The translations under genes and the position numbers were made by a program. Positions 24,101 to 37,989 of a DNA stretch of 64,000 bases are shown in pieces. Within the stretch, counting starts at the first letter, position 1. Every line of letters begins with the position of its first letter. Under the pieces are notes generated by a model. The model was given only the letters and a program-made list of their open reading frames with translations, was not told where the DNA came from and did not search any database. Source of the DNA: Lingula anatina (taxonomy: Eukaryota; Animalia; Brachiopoda); NCBI GenBank assembly GCA_051362555.1, contig CM120644.1, positions 2,798,954 through 2,862,953 on the forward strand. Reading direction: 5' to 3'.

Positions 24101-27100
24101 TTTTGGATGCTGAATTAGCCCAGAAAGTTAGTGTTAAGGTTGATTTTTGTTGAGTTCCTCTAGACAGAGGGGGTTTCAAATGTCATTTATAATATCATTG
24201 AAGTAAAAAAAAAAACATTTTTACACCATCTTTTATGGAAAATGGTTTTTCAATTTCTTTCAATTTTTGAGTTTTGACATAATGGTTGTGATAGGATTTC
24301 ATCTGGAGTTAAATTGAATTTTTTTCTGAATTTCACTCAAAGAACCAATGATCTTTGCCAAAAGGGATAAGAAGTTGCTTTTAGTATTTTTAATTCACCT
24401 TTTGTTACTACCGAGTCCTGACATTTCGCCGAAAATAAACGCTCTCCACTTACTCTTTTTTTTTCTTTATAAAGAAGTCTTTTAAGCCATGTAAAGTTTA
24501 GGGCCTTGGTAAAATTTTTATTCGGGGTACCTTTTACCGTCAATTTTTGTAATCAGACGCCATCCTTGGTCATTTTATTTTGTATCTTTTTCCATTCCTG
24601 ATAAAGTTAAATATGATATGCATATTTTAAGTATTGAGGGAGGGGGGGGCTGGTAGGAGAGTTTATAAATGCACTACGTAAGATGAGAAATACTAAAGGT
24701 TTAACCACTGTTCACTTTCCTATAATTGAAAGGTTTCTCAGAGAAAGTTTTTTCACATTGTATTTTGTCAATTTCTATTCTCTACCAAGTAACTTAAATA
24801 CACCTTCATGGTTTTTTTTTTTTTTTTTTTTTTTTTGAGAACAGACGAAAATCGGTGCGCGCGAAGGATGCCATCCATAAAAATAAAAAAGTGTGTCCTT
24901 ATATATAAAATAAAAACAATGGGGCAATAAGTCTATGTGTATTGAAGCTTTACTCTAATGTTTTCAGCCTAAATACTGTAACGATTTTACATAGCTTTAA
25001 TTCATGGAAAAATTACTGCATTAAGCTATAGCCTTTTGTTTACATTCGGCTAGTGTGTTGTTGAACTTTGAACCTTAAGTTGGTACAAAACCGATTTCAA
25101 GAAAAGCGCACTACAAGCTCCTATCTATCAGAGCTAGAGAATAGAAAGTTTAGTTCAAGAGAGAAACTGCCAGAGTACATCTCCGATATTAGAAAGTTGT
25201 TAAAAGGTTACCCGACGGCTGACTGCACCACCAGTGAGACGATTGCATTGAGCCACTTTATAAAAAAAATGCCAGACCATCAAGCCGCCGTGGCAGTGGG
25301 CATGAAAACGCCCAAAAATCTAGATTAAGCAAGGGAGGCCCTTGAAATGTACAACAGTCGAAGAGAAGAGACAGTGAAAAGACCAAGCGTTAGGGCAGCG
25401 AATCCAGAGGCTGTCGTAACAGAAAGTCAGCTACACCAGCTTGAAAAGAAGTTTGACAAGAAGCTAGAATTAAAGAATTGATAAAGAAAGAGAAAGCAAA
25501 AGACACGAAAAGTCCTCCACCTCCCAAGTCAGAAAATTGGAACAAGGCAGCAAAGCTGTCAAATGTACAGACAAAAAGCAGGAAATAACTATGCACAAAA
25601 TAGGCTACTGTCAATTCTGGTGCAAAAGTACATTATGTTAAACTGCAAATTCAACATCAAATTTTAATTATGCTCAGCAGGTAATACCAATGTAAGTAAA
25701 ATGTGTAACAAGCATAAGGCTTCAGGGCCATATGGGAGTTCAAGTTCACACTTTGAAAATGTATAACTTCCTGAAAAAGAAGCCAATAAGACTCCTTTTC
25801 CAACTCGGGCTGCATGCCGATTTTCAAACTTGACCTGTGTTTAAGTAACATCTATTTCTCCTGTGAGTTTCATGACAACAGGCCTATCGGTTTTTCCTTG
25901 AAATGTGTTAACAGTGTTGCATATATGCTGAAAAGTGAAAAAAAAACAGCATGACTTCTACAATAATGGCCCGATCATGCTGATTTTCTAACTTGACCTG
26001 CGTTTTACGAATATTCATCAGCTCTGTAAATATAAAGCCAAAAAGTAAAACTGCCTTCCACTTATCGTGTTTACAATGAAAGTGCACTTCGCCAGTGACG
26101 GCGGTGACGGCGACGACAGACGCAGGTGATGGCAATATGTACAGACACATCTGTGTCTGTACATAAAAACAACGTAGAGTGTTTCAAGTGCCATAGATAT
26201 GAGCATCTGACAAGAGAATGCAAGGCACCTGTGAAAGAGGCTCCGCATGTAAACAACCAGGGAAACTGAGAAGGGGCATTCCAGCCGGTCAGAATGAACC
26301 CCTAAAAACACCTGTTGACAGTGGCATTGAAACTGTCTGCTGTAGAAATGCTAGTGTTTCTTGGCCAGTGAAGATTCAGGGCCAAGAAGTAAACTTTATG
26401 TAGACACTGGTGCGTCAAAAACAATTATATCATCCCACATTTATGAACAAATTCCTCATGACTTTAGACTGAACTGAAAAAGGCTAATAGAAAATTGCAG
26501 GTTGCAGACAGTAGAAACATTGAAATTGAAGGCCACGTGGAAATAAAATTTCAATCTGGTGAAGAAGTGTTTGTATGGGACATGCTTGTAGCAAAAAAAG
26601 GACTTCCTGTGCCATCATGATTTTTCACTGGGTGTGAACGGGCTGAAACTTATTGGGAAGAGAGTGGCTTGTTTAGTTGAGAAGGAACCAAAGCATGCCT
26701 TTAGAGTGGCAGTGACTAATGATGTTATTATTCCTGCAAACAATGAGTTGATCATAGAAGGGAGAGTTGATTCTAGCAAAATAAAATCAGGATTGAGACA
26801 GGTAGAGGAAATTCCAGAGAATCAAGTGATTTTCTGATCGGACATGTGCTAGTTGATCCTTTCAAAAGAGACAATAAAATACCTGTCAGACTCCTTAACC
26901 CTTCTAATGAAGACATTTCTTTTGAAAGACACCTGCATTGCTCATTTACATGAGGTAGACCATGTGATTGGTGATAAACTTGCAGACTTAACCCCTGGTA
27001 AACCAAAGCCAGACTTAACCCTTCATAACCCAGAATTGCCTGAGTACCTGGCTGGCCTCTATAAAGAGTCAGGTAAGAATTTGACTGACTTTGAAAGATT

Positions 27101-30100
27101 TGAATTAAAGAAACTCCTGCAGAAGCACAGTGAAGTTTTTGCCAAGTCTTCCAGTGACATGGGTCACACATCTATCGTAAAGCATAAGATCGTCACAGGT
27201 GATGCAAGACCCATAAAACAGCAGCCCTACCTACACCTTTATCTGGTCATAATATAGGCCTATGGCTTTGGAGGATTTTTTTGGGAAAAAATATCTGGAC
27301 TTGTTTAATTTGTTTAATATGGTAACTTGTTTAATTGAGTCAATTATTTCTTGGATTGATATGCTCAATTTCCTTCCATGGGAAGAGATAGCCATTCAGA
27401 TTTTAAGCTCTTTTGGATGCTGAATTAGCCCAGAAAGTTAGTGTTAAGGTTGATTTTTGTTGAGTTCCTCTAGACAGAGGGGGTTTCAAATGTCATTTAT
27501 AATATCATTGAAGTAAAAAAAAAAAACATTTTTACACCATCTTTTATGGAAAATGGTTTTTCAATTTCTTTCAATTTTTGAGTTTTGACATAATGGTTGT
27601 GATAGGATTTCATCTGGAGTTAAATTGAATTTTTTTCTGAATTTCACTCAAAGAACCAATGATCTTTGCCAAAAGGGATAAGAAGTTGCTTTTAGTATTT
27701 TTAATTCACCTTTTGTTACTACCGAGTCCTGACATTTCGCCGAAAAAAAAACGCTCTCCACTTACTCTTTTTTTTTATTAATAAAGAAGTCTTTTAAGCC
27801 CAAAAATCTAGATTAAGCAAGGGAGGCCCTTGAAATGTACAACAGTCGAAGAGAAGAGACAGTGAAAAGACCAAGCGTTAGGGCAGCGAATCCAGAGGCT
27901 GTCGTAACAGAAAGTCAGCTACACCAGCTTGAAAAGAAGTTTGACAAGAAGCTAGAATTAAAGAATTGATAAAGAAAGAGAAAGCAAAAGACACGAAAAG
28001 TCCTCCACCTCCCAAGTCAGAAAATTGGAACAAGGCAGCAAAGCTGTCAAATGTACAGACAAAAAGCAGGAAATAACTATGCACAAAATAGGCTACTGTC
28101 AATTCTGGTGCAAAAGTACATTATGTTAAACTGCAAATTTAACATCAAATTTTAATTATGCTCAGCAGGTAATACCAATGTAAGTAAAATGTGTAACAAG
28201 CATAAGGCTTCAGGGCCATATGGGAGTTCAAGTTCACACTTTGAAAATGTATAACTTCCTGAAAAAGAAGCCAATAAGACTCCTTTTCCAACTCGGGCTG
28301 CATGCCGATTTTCAAACTTGACCTGTGTTTAAGTAACATCTATTTCTCCTGTGAGTTTCATGACAACAGGCCTATCGGTTTTTCCTTGAAATGTGTTAAC
28401 AGTGTTGCATATATGCTGAAAAGTGAAAAAAAAAACAGCATGACTTCTACAATAATGGCCCGATCATGCTGATTTTCTAACTTGACCTGCGTTTTACGAA
28501 TATTCATCAGCTCTGTAAATATAAAGCCAAAAAGTAAAACTGCCTTCCACTTATCGTGTTTACAATGAAAGTGCACTTCGCCGGTGACGGCGGTGACGGC
28601 GACGACAGACGCAGGTGATGGCAATATGTACAGACACATCTGTGTCTGTACATAAAAACAACGTAGAGTGTTTCAAGTGCCATAGATATGAGCATCTGAC
28701 AAGAGAATGCAAGGCACCTGTGAAAGAGGCTCCGCATGTAAACAACCAGGGAAACTGAGAAGGGGCATTCCAGCCGGTCAGAATGAACCCCTAAAAACAC
28801 CTGTTGACAGTGGCATTGAAACTGTCTGCTGTAGAAATGCTAGTGTTTCTTGGCCAGTGAAGATTCAGGGCCAAGAAGTAAACTTTATGTAGACACTGGT
28901 GCGTCAAAAACAATTATATCATCCCACATTTATGAACAAATTCCTCATGACTTTAGACTGAACTGAAAAAGGCTAATAGAAAATTGCAGGTTGCAGACAG
29001 TAGAAACATTGAAATTGAAGGCCACGTGGAAATAAAATTTCAATCTGGTGAAGAAGTGTTTGTATGGGACATGCTTGTAGCAAAAAAAGGACTTCCTGTG
29101 CCATCATGATTTTTCACTGGGTGTGAACGGGCTGAAACTTATTGGGAAGAGAGTGGCTTGTTTAGTTGAGAAGGAACCAAAGCATGCCTTTAGAGTGGCA
29201 GTGACTAATGATGTTATTATTCCTGCAAACAATGAGTTGATCATAGAAGGGAGAGTTGATTCTAGCAAAATAAAATCAGGATTGAGACAGGTAGAGGAAA
29301 TTCCAGAGAATCAAGTGATTTTCTGATCGGACATGTGCTAGTTGATCCTTTCAAAAGAGACAATAAAATACCTGTCAGACTCCTTAACCCTTCTAATGAA
29401 GACATTTCTTTTGAAAGACACCTGCATTGCTCATTTACATGAGGTAGACCATGTGATTGGTGATAAACTTGCAGACTTAACCCCTGGTAAACCAAAGCCA
29501 GACTTAACCCTTCATAACCCAGAATTGCCTGAGTACCTGGCTGGCCTCTATAAAGAGTCAGGTAAGAATTTGACTGACTTTGAAAGATTTGAATTAAAGA
29601 AACTCCTGCAGAAGCACAGTGAAGTTTTTGCCAAGTCTTCCAGTGACATGGGTCACACATCTATCGTAAAGCATAAGATCGTCACAGGTGATGCAAGACC
29701 CATAAAACAGCAGCCCTACCTACACCTTTATCTGGTCATAATATAGGCCTATGGCTTTGGAGGATTTTTTTGGGAAAAAATATCTGGACTTGTTTAATTT
29801 GTTTAATATGGTAACTTGTTTAATTGAGTCAATTATTTCTTGGATTGATATGCTCAATTTCCTTCCATGGGAAGAGATAGCCACTCAGATTTTAAGCTCT
29901 TTTGGATGCTGGATTAGCCCAGAAAGTTAGTGTTAAGGTTGATTTTTGTTGAGTTCCTCTAGACAGAGGGGGTTTCAAATGTCATTTATAATATCATTGA
30001 AGTAAAAAAAAAAACATTTTTACACCATCTTTTATGGAAAATGGTTTTTCAATTTCTTTCAATTTTTGAGTTTTGACATAATGGTTGTGATAGGATTTCA

Positions 30101-33100
30101 TCTGGAGTTAAATTGAATTTTTTTCTGAATTTCACTCAAAGAACCAATGATCTTTGCCAAAAGGGATAAGAAGTTGCTTTTAGTATTTTTAATTCACCTT
30201 TTGTTACTACCGAGTCCTGACATTTCGCCGAAAATAAACGCTCTCCACTTACTCTTTTTTTTTCTTTATAAAGAAGTCTTTTAAGCCATGTAAAGTTTAG
30301 GGCCTTGGTAAAATTTTTATTCGGGGTACCTTTTACCGTCAATTTTTGTAATCAGACGCCATCCTTGGTCATTTTATTTTGTATCTTTTTCCATTCCTGA
30401 TAAAGTTAAATATGATATGCATATTTTAAGTATTGAGGGAGGGGGGGGCTGGTAGGAGAGTTTATAAATGCACTACGTAAGATGAGAAATACTAAAGGTT
30501 TAACCACTGTTCACTTTCCTATAATTGAAAGGTTTCTCAGAGAAAGTTTTTTCACATTGTATTTTGTCAATTTCTATTCTCTACCAAGTAACTTAAATAC
30601 ACCTTCATGGTTTTTTTTTTTTTTTTTTTTTTTGAGAACAGACGAAAATCGGTGCGCGCGAAGGATGCCATCCATAAAAATAAAAAAGTGTGTCCTTATA
30701 TATAAAATAAAAACAATGGGGCAATAAGTCTATGTGTATTGAAGCTTTACTCTAATGTTTTCAGCCTAAATACTGTAACGATTTTACATAGCTTTAATTC
30801 ATGGAAAAATTACTGCATTAAGCTATAGCCTTTTGTTTACATTCGGCTAGTGTGTTGTTGAACTTTGAACCTTAAGTTGGTACAAAACCGATTTCAAGAA
30901 AAGCGCACTACAAGCTCCTATCTATCAGAGCTAGAGAATAGAAAGTTTAGTTCAAGAGAGAAACTGCCAGAGTACATCTCCGATATTAGAAAGTTGTTAA
31001 AAGGTTACCCGACGGCTGACTGCACCACCAGTGAGACGATTGCATTGAGCCACTTTATAAAAAAAATGCCAGACCATCAAGCCGCCGTGGCAGTGGGCAT
31101 GAAAACGCCCAAAAATCTAGATTAAGCAAGGGAGGCCCTTGAAATGTACAACAGTCGAAGAGAAGAGACAGTGAAAAGACCAAGCGTTAGGGCAGCGAAT
31201 CCAGAGGCTGTCGTAACAGAAAGTCAGCTACACCAGCTTGAAAAGAAGTTTGACAAGAAGCTAGAATTAAAGAATTGATAAAGAAAGAGAAAGCAAAAGA
31301 CACGAAAAGTCCTCCACCTCCCAAGTCAGAAAATTGGAACAAGGCAGCAAAGCTGTCAAATGTACAGACAAAAAGCAGGAAATAACTATGCACAAAATAG
31401 GCTACTGTCAATTCTGGTGCAAAAGTACATTATGTTAAACTGCAAATTCAACATCAAATTTTAATTATGCTCAGCAGGTAATACCAATGTAAGTAAAATG
31501 TGTAACAAGCATAAGGCTTCAGGGCCATATGGGAGTTCAAGTTCACACTTTGAAAATGTATAACTTCCTGAAAAAGAAGCCAATAAGACTCCTTTTCCAA
31601 CTCGGGCTGCATGCCGATTTTCAAACTTGACCTGTGTTTAAGTAACATCTATTTCTCCTGTGAGTTTCATGACAACAGGCCTATCGGTTTTTCCTTGAAA
31701 TGTGTTAACAGTGTTGCATATATGCTGAAAAGTGAAAAAAAACAGCATGACTTCTACAATAATGGCCCGATCATGCTGATTTTCTAACTTGACCTGCGTT
31801 TTACGAATATTCATCAGCTCTGTAAATATAAAGCCAAAAAGTAAAACTGCCTTCCACTTATCGTGTTTACAATGAAAGTGCACTTCGCCAGTGACGGCGG
31901 TGACGGCGACGACAGACGCAGGTGATGGCAATATGTACAGACACATCTGTGTCTGTACATAAAAACAACGTAGAGTGTTTCAAGTGCCATAGATATGAGC
32001 ATCTGACAAGAGAATGCAAGGCACCTGTGAAAGAGGCTCCGCATGTAAACAACCAGGGAAACTGAGAAGGGGCATTCCAGCCGGTCAGAATGAACCCCTA
32101 AAAACACCTGTTGACAGTGGCATTGAAACTGTCTGCTGTAGAAATGCTAGTGTTTCTTGGCCAGTGAAGATTCAGGGCCAAGAAGTAAACTTTATGTAGA
32201 CACTGGTGCGTCAAAAACAATTATATCATCCCACATTTATGAACAAATTCCTCATGACTTTAGACTGAACTGAAAAAGGCTAATAGAAAATTGCAGGTTG
32301 CAGACAGTAGAAACATTGAAATTGAAGGCCACGTGGAAATAAAATTTCAATCTGGTGAAGAAGTGTTTGTATGGGACATGCTTGTAGCAAAAAAAGGACT
32401 TCCTGTGCCATCATGATTTTTCACTGGGTGTGAACGGGCTGAAACTTATTGGGAAGAGAGTGGCTTGTTTAGTTGAGAAGGAACCAAAGCATGCCTTTAG
32501 AGTGGCAGTGACTAATGATGTTATTATTCCTGCAAACAATGAGTTGATCATAGAAGGGAGAGTTGATTCTAGCAAAATAAAATCAGGATTGAGACAGGTA
32601 GAGGAAATTCCAGAGAATCAAGTGATTTTCTGATCGGACATGTGCTAGTTGATCCTTTCAAAAGAGACAATAAAATACCTGTCAGACTCCTTAACCCTTC
32701 TAATGAAGACATTTCTTTTGAAAGACACCTGCATTGCTCATTTACATGAGGTAGACCATGTGATTGGTGATAAACTTGCAGACTTAACCCCTGGTAAACC
32801 AAAGCCAGACTTAACCCTTCATAACCCAGAATTGCCTGAGTACCTGGCTGGCCTCTATAAAGAGTCAGGTAAGAATTTGACTGACTTTGAAAGATTTGAA
32901 TTAAAGAAACTCCTGCAGAAGCACAGTGAAGTTTTTGCCAAGTCTTCCAGTGACATGGGTCACACATCTATCGTAAAGCATAAGATCGTCACAGGTGATG
33001 CAAGACCCATAAAACAGCAGCCCTACCTACACCTTTATCTGGTCATAATATAGGCCTATGGCTTTGGAGGATTTTTTTGGGAAAAAATATCTGGACTTGT

Positions 33101-36100
33101 TTAATTTGTTTAATATGGTAACTTGTTTAATTGAGTCAATTATTTCTTGGATTGATATGCTCAATTTCCTTCCATGGGAAGAGATAGCCATTCAGATTTT
33201 AAGCTCTTTTGGATGCTGAATTAGCCCAGAAAGTTAGTGTTAAGGTTGATTTTTGTTGAGTTCCTCTAGACAGAGGGGGTTTCAAATGTCATTTATAATA
33301 TCATTGAAGTAAAAAAAAAACATTTTTACACCATCTTTTATGGAAAATGGTTTTTCAATTTCTTTCAATTTTTGAGTTTTGACATAATGGTTGTGATAGG
33401 ATTTCATCTGGAGTTAAATTGAATTTTTTTCTGAATTTCACTCAAAGAACCAATGATCTTTGCCAAAAGGGATAAGAAGTTGCTTTTAGTATTTTTAATT
33501 CACCTTTTGTTACTACCGAGTCCTGACATTTCGCCGAAAAAAAAACGCTCTCCACTTACTCTTTTTTTTTATTAATAAAGAAGTCTTTTAAGCCCAAAAA
33601 TCTAGATTAAGCAAGGGAGGCCCTTGAAATGTACAACAGTCGAAGAGAAGAGACAGTGAAAAGACCAAGCGTTAGGGCAGCGAATCCAGAGGCTGTCGTA
33701 ACAGAAAGTCAGCTACACCAGCTTGAAAAGAAGTTTGACAAGAAGCTAGAATTAAAGAATTGATAAAGAAAGAGAAAGCAAAAGACACGAAAAGTCCTCC
33801 ACCTCCCAAGTCAGAAAATTGGAACAAGGCAGCAAAGCTGTCAAATGTACAGACAAAAAGCAGGAAATAACTATGCACAAAATAGGCTACTGTCAATTCT
33901 GGTGCAAAAGTACATTATGTTAAACTGCAAATTTAACATCAAATTTTAATTATGCTCAGCAGGTAATACCAATGTAAGTAAAATGTGTAACAAGCATAAG
34001 GCTTCAGGGCCATATGGGAGTTCAAGTTCACACTTTGAAAATGTATAACTTCCTGAAAAAGAAGCCAATAAGACTCCTTTTCCAACTCGGGCTGCATGCC
34101 GATTTTCAAACTTGACCTGTGTTTAAGTAACATCTATTTCTCCTGTGAGTTTCATGACAACAGGCCTATCGGTTTTTCCTTGAAATGTGTTAACAGTGTT
34201 GCATATATGCTGAAAAGTGAAAAAAAAAACAGCATGACTTCTACAATAATGGCCCGATCATGCTGATTTTCTAACTTGACCTGCGTTTTACGAATATTCA
34301 TCAGCTCTGTAAATATAAAGCCAAAAAGTAAAACTGCCTTCCACTTATCGTGTTTACAATGAAAGTGCACTTCGCCGGTGACGGCGGTGACGGCGACGAC
34401 AGACGCAGGTGATGGCAATATGTACAGACACATCTGTGTCTGTACATAAAAACAACGTAGAGTGTTTCAAGTGCCATAGATATGAGCATCTGACAAGAGA
34501 ATGCAAGGCACCTGTGAAAGAGGCTCCGCATGTAAACAACCAGGGAAACTGAGAAGGGGCATTCCAGCCGGTCAGAATGAACCCCTAAAAACACCTGTTG
34601 ACAGTGGCATTGAAACTGTCTGCTGTAGAAATGCTAGTGTTTCTTGGCCAGTGAAGATTCAGGGCCAAGAAGTAAACTTTATGTAGACACTGGTGCGTCA
34701 AAAACAATTATATCATCCCACATTTATGAACAAATTCCTCATGACTTTAGACTGAACTGAAAAAGGCTAATAGAAAATTGCAGGTTGCAGACAGTAGAAA
34801 CATTGAAATTGAAGGCCACGTGGAAATAAAATTTCAATCTGGTGAAGAAGTGTTTGTATGGGACATGCTTGTAGCAAAAAAAGGACTTCCTGTGCCATCA
34901 TGATTTTTCACTGGGTGTGAACGGGCTGAAACTTATTGGGAAGAGAGTGGCTTGTTTAGTTGAGAAGGAACCAAAGCATGCCTTTAGAGTGGCAGTGACT
35001 AATGATGTTATTATTCCTGCAAACAATGAGTTGATCATAGAAGGGAGAGTTGATTCTAGCAAAATAAAATCAGGATTGAGACAGGTAGAGGAAATTCCAG
35101 AGAATCAAGTGATTTTCTGATCGGACATGTGCTAGTTGATCCTTTCAAAAGAGACAATAAAATACCTGTCAGACTCCTTAACCCTTCTAATGAAGACATT
35201 TCTTTTGAAAGACACCTGCATTGCTCATTTACATGAGGTAGACCATGTGATTGGTGATAAACTTGCAGACTTAACCCCTGGTAAACCAAAGCCAGACTTA
35301 ACCCTTCATAACCCAGAATTGCCTGAGTACCTGGCTGGCCTCTATAAAGAGTCAGGTAAGAATTTGACTGACTTTGAAAGATTTGAATTAAAGAAACTCC
35401 TGCAGAAGCACAGTGAAGTTTTTGCCAAGTCTTCCAGTGACATGGGTCACACATCTATCGTAAAGCATAAGATCGTCACAGGTGATGCAAGACCCATAAA
35501 ACAGCAGCCCTACCTACACCTTTATCTGGTCATAATATAGGCCTATGGCTTTGGAGGATTTTTTTGGGAAAAAATATCTGGACTTGTTTAATTTGTTTAA
35601 TATGGTAACTTGTTTAATTGAGTCAATTATTTCTTGGATTGATATGCTCAATTTCCTTCCATGGGAAGAGATAGCCATTCAGATTTTAAGCTCTTTTGGA
35701 TGCTGAATTAGCCCAGAAAGTTAGTGTTAAGGTTGATTTTTGTTGAGTTCCTCTAGACAGAGGGGGTTTCAAATGTCATTTATAATATCATTGAAGTAAA
35801 AAAAAAACATTTTTACACCATCTTTTATGGAAAATGGTTTTTCAATTTCTTTCAATTTTTGAGTTTTGACATAATGGTTGTGATAGGATTTCATCTGGAG
35901 TTAAATTGAATTTTTTTCTGAATTTCACTCAAAGAACCAATGATCTTTGCCAAAAGGGATAAGAAGTTGCTTTTAGTATTTTTAATTCACCTTTTGTTAC
36001 TACCGAGTCCTGACATTTCGCCGAAAAAAAAACGCTCTCCACTTACTCTTTTTTTTTCTTTATAAAGAAGTCTTTTAAGCCATGTAAAGTTTAGGGCCTT

Positions 36101-37989
36101 GGTAAAATTTTTATTCGGGGTACCTTTTACCGTCAATTTTTGTAATCAGACGCCATCCTTGGTCATTTTATTTTGTATCTTTTTCCATTCCTGATAAAGT
36201 TAAATATGATATGCATATTTTAAGTATTGAGGGAGGGGGGGGGGCTGGTAGGAGAGTTTATAAATGCACTACGTAAGATGAGAAATACTAAAGGTTTAAC
36301 CACTGTTCACTTTCCTATAATTGAAAGGTTTCTCAGAGAAAGTTTTTTCACATTGTATTTTGTCAATTTCTATTCTCTACCAAGTAACTTAAATACACCT
36401 TCATGGTTTTTTTTTTTTTTTTTTTTTTGAGAACAGACGAAAATCGGTGCGCGCGAAGGATGCCATCCATAAAAATAAAAAAGTGTGTCCTTATATATAA
36501 AATAAAAACAATGGGGCAATAAGTCTATGTGTATTGAAGCTTTACTCTAATGTTTTCAGCCTAAATACTGTAACGATTTTACATAGCTTTAATTCATGGA
36601 AAAATTACTGCATTAAGCTATAGCCTTTTGTTTACATTCGGCTAGTGTGTTGTTGAACTTTGAACCTTAAGTTGGTACAAAACCGATTTCAAGAAAAGCG
36701 CACTACAAGCTCCTATCTATCAGAGCTAGAGAATAGAAAGTTTAGTTCAAGAGAGAAACTGCCAGAGTACATCTCCGATATTAGAAAGTTGTTAAAAGGT
36801 TACCCGACGGCTGACTGCACCACCAGTGAGACGATTGCATTGAGCCACTTTATAAAAAAAATGCCAGACCATCAAGCCGCCGTGGCAGTGGGCATGAAAA
36901 CGCCCAAAAATCTAGATTAAGCAAGGGAGGCCCTTGAAATGTACAACAGTCGAAGAGAAGAGACAGTGAAAAGACCAAGCGTTAGGGCAGCGAATCCAGA
37001 GGCTGTCGTAACAGAAAGTCAGCTACACCAGCTTGAAAAGAAGTTTGACAAGAAGCTAGAATTAAAGAATTGATAAAGAAAGAGAAAGCAAAAGACACGA
37101 AAAGTCCTCCACCTCCCAAGTCAGAAAATTGGAACAAGGCAGCAAAGCTGTCAAATGTACAGACAAAAAGCAGGAAATAACTATGCACAAAATAGGCTAC
37201 TGTCAATTCTGGTGCAAAAGTACATTATGTTAAACTGCAAATTCAACATCAAATTTTAATTATGCTCAGCAGGTAATACCAATGTAAGTAAAATGTGTAA
37301 CAAGCATAAGGCTTCAGGGCCATATGGGAGTTCAAGTTCACACTTTGAAAATGTATAACTTCCTGAAAAAGAAGCCAATAAGACTCCTTTTCCAACTCGG
37401 GCTGCATGCCGATTTTCAAACTTGACCTGTGTTTAAGTAACATCTATTTCTCCTGTGAGTTTCATGACAACAGGCCTATCGGTTTTTCCTTGAAATGTGT
37501 TAACAGTGTTGCATATATGCTGAAAAGTGAAAAAAAAAACAGCATGACTTCTACAATAATGGCCCAATCATGCTGATTTTCTAACTTGACCTGCGTTTTA
37601 CGAATATTCATCAGCTCTGTAAATATAAAGCCAAAAAGTAAAACTGCCTTCCACTTATCGTGTTTACAATGAAAGTGCACTTCGCCGGTGACGGCGGTGA
37701 CGGCGACGACAGACGCAGGTGATGGCAATATGTACAGACACATCTGTGTCTGTACATAAAAACAACGTAGAGTGTTTCAAGTGCCATAGATATGAGCATC
37801 TGACAAGAGAATGCAAGGCACCTGTGAAAGAGGCTCCGCATGTAAACAACCAGGGAAACTGAGAAGGGGCATTCCAGCCGGTCAGAATGAACCCCTAAAA
37901 ACACCTGTTGACAGTGGCATTGAAACTGTCTGCTGTAGAAATGCTAGTGTTTCTTGGCCAGTGAAGATTCAGGGCCAAGAAGTAAACTT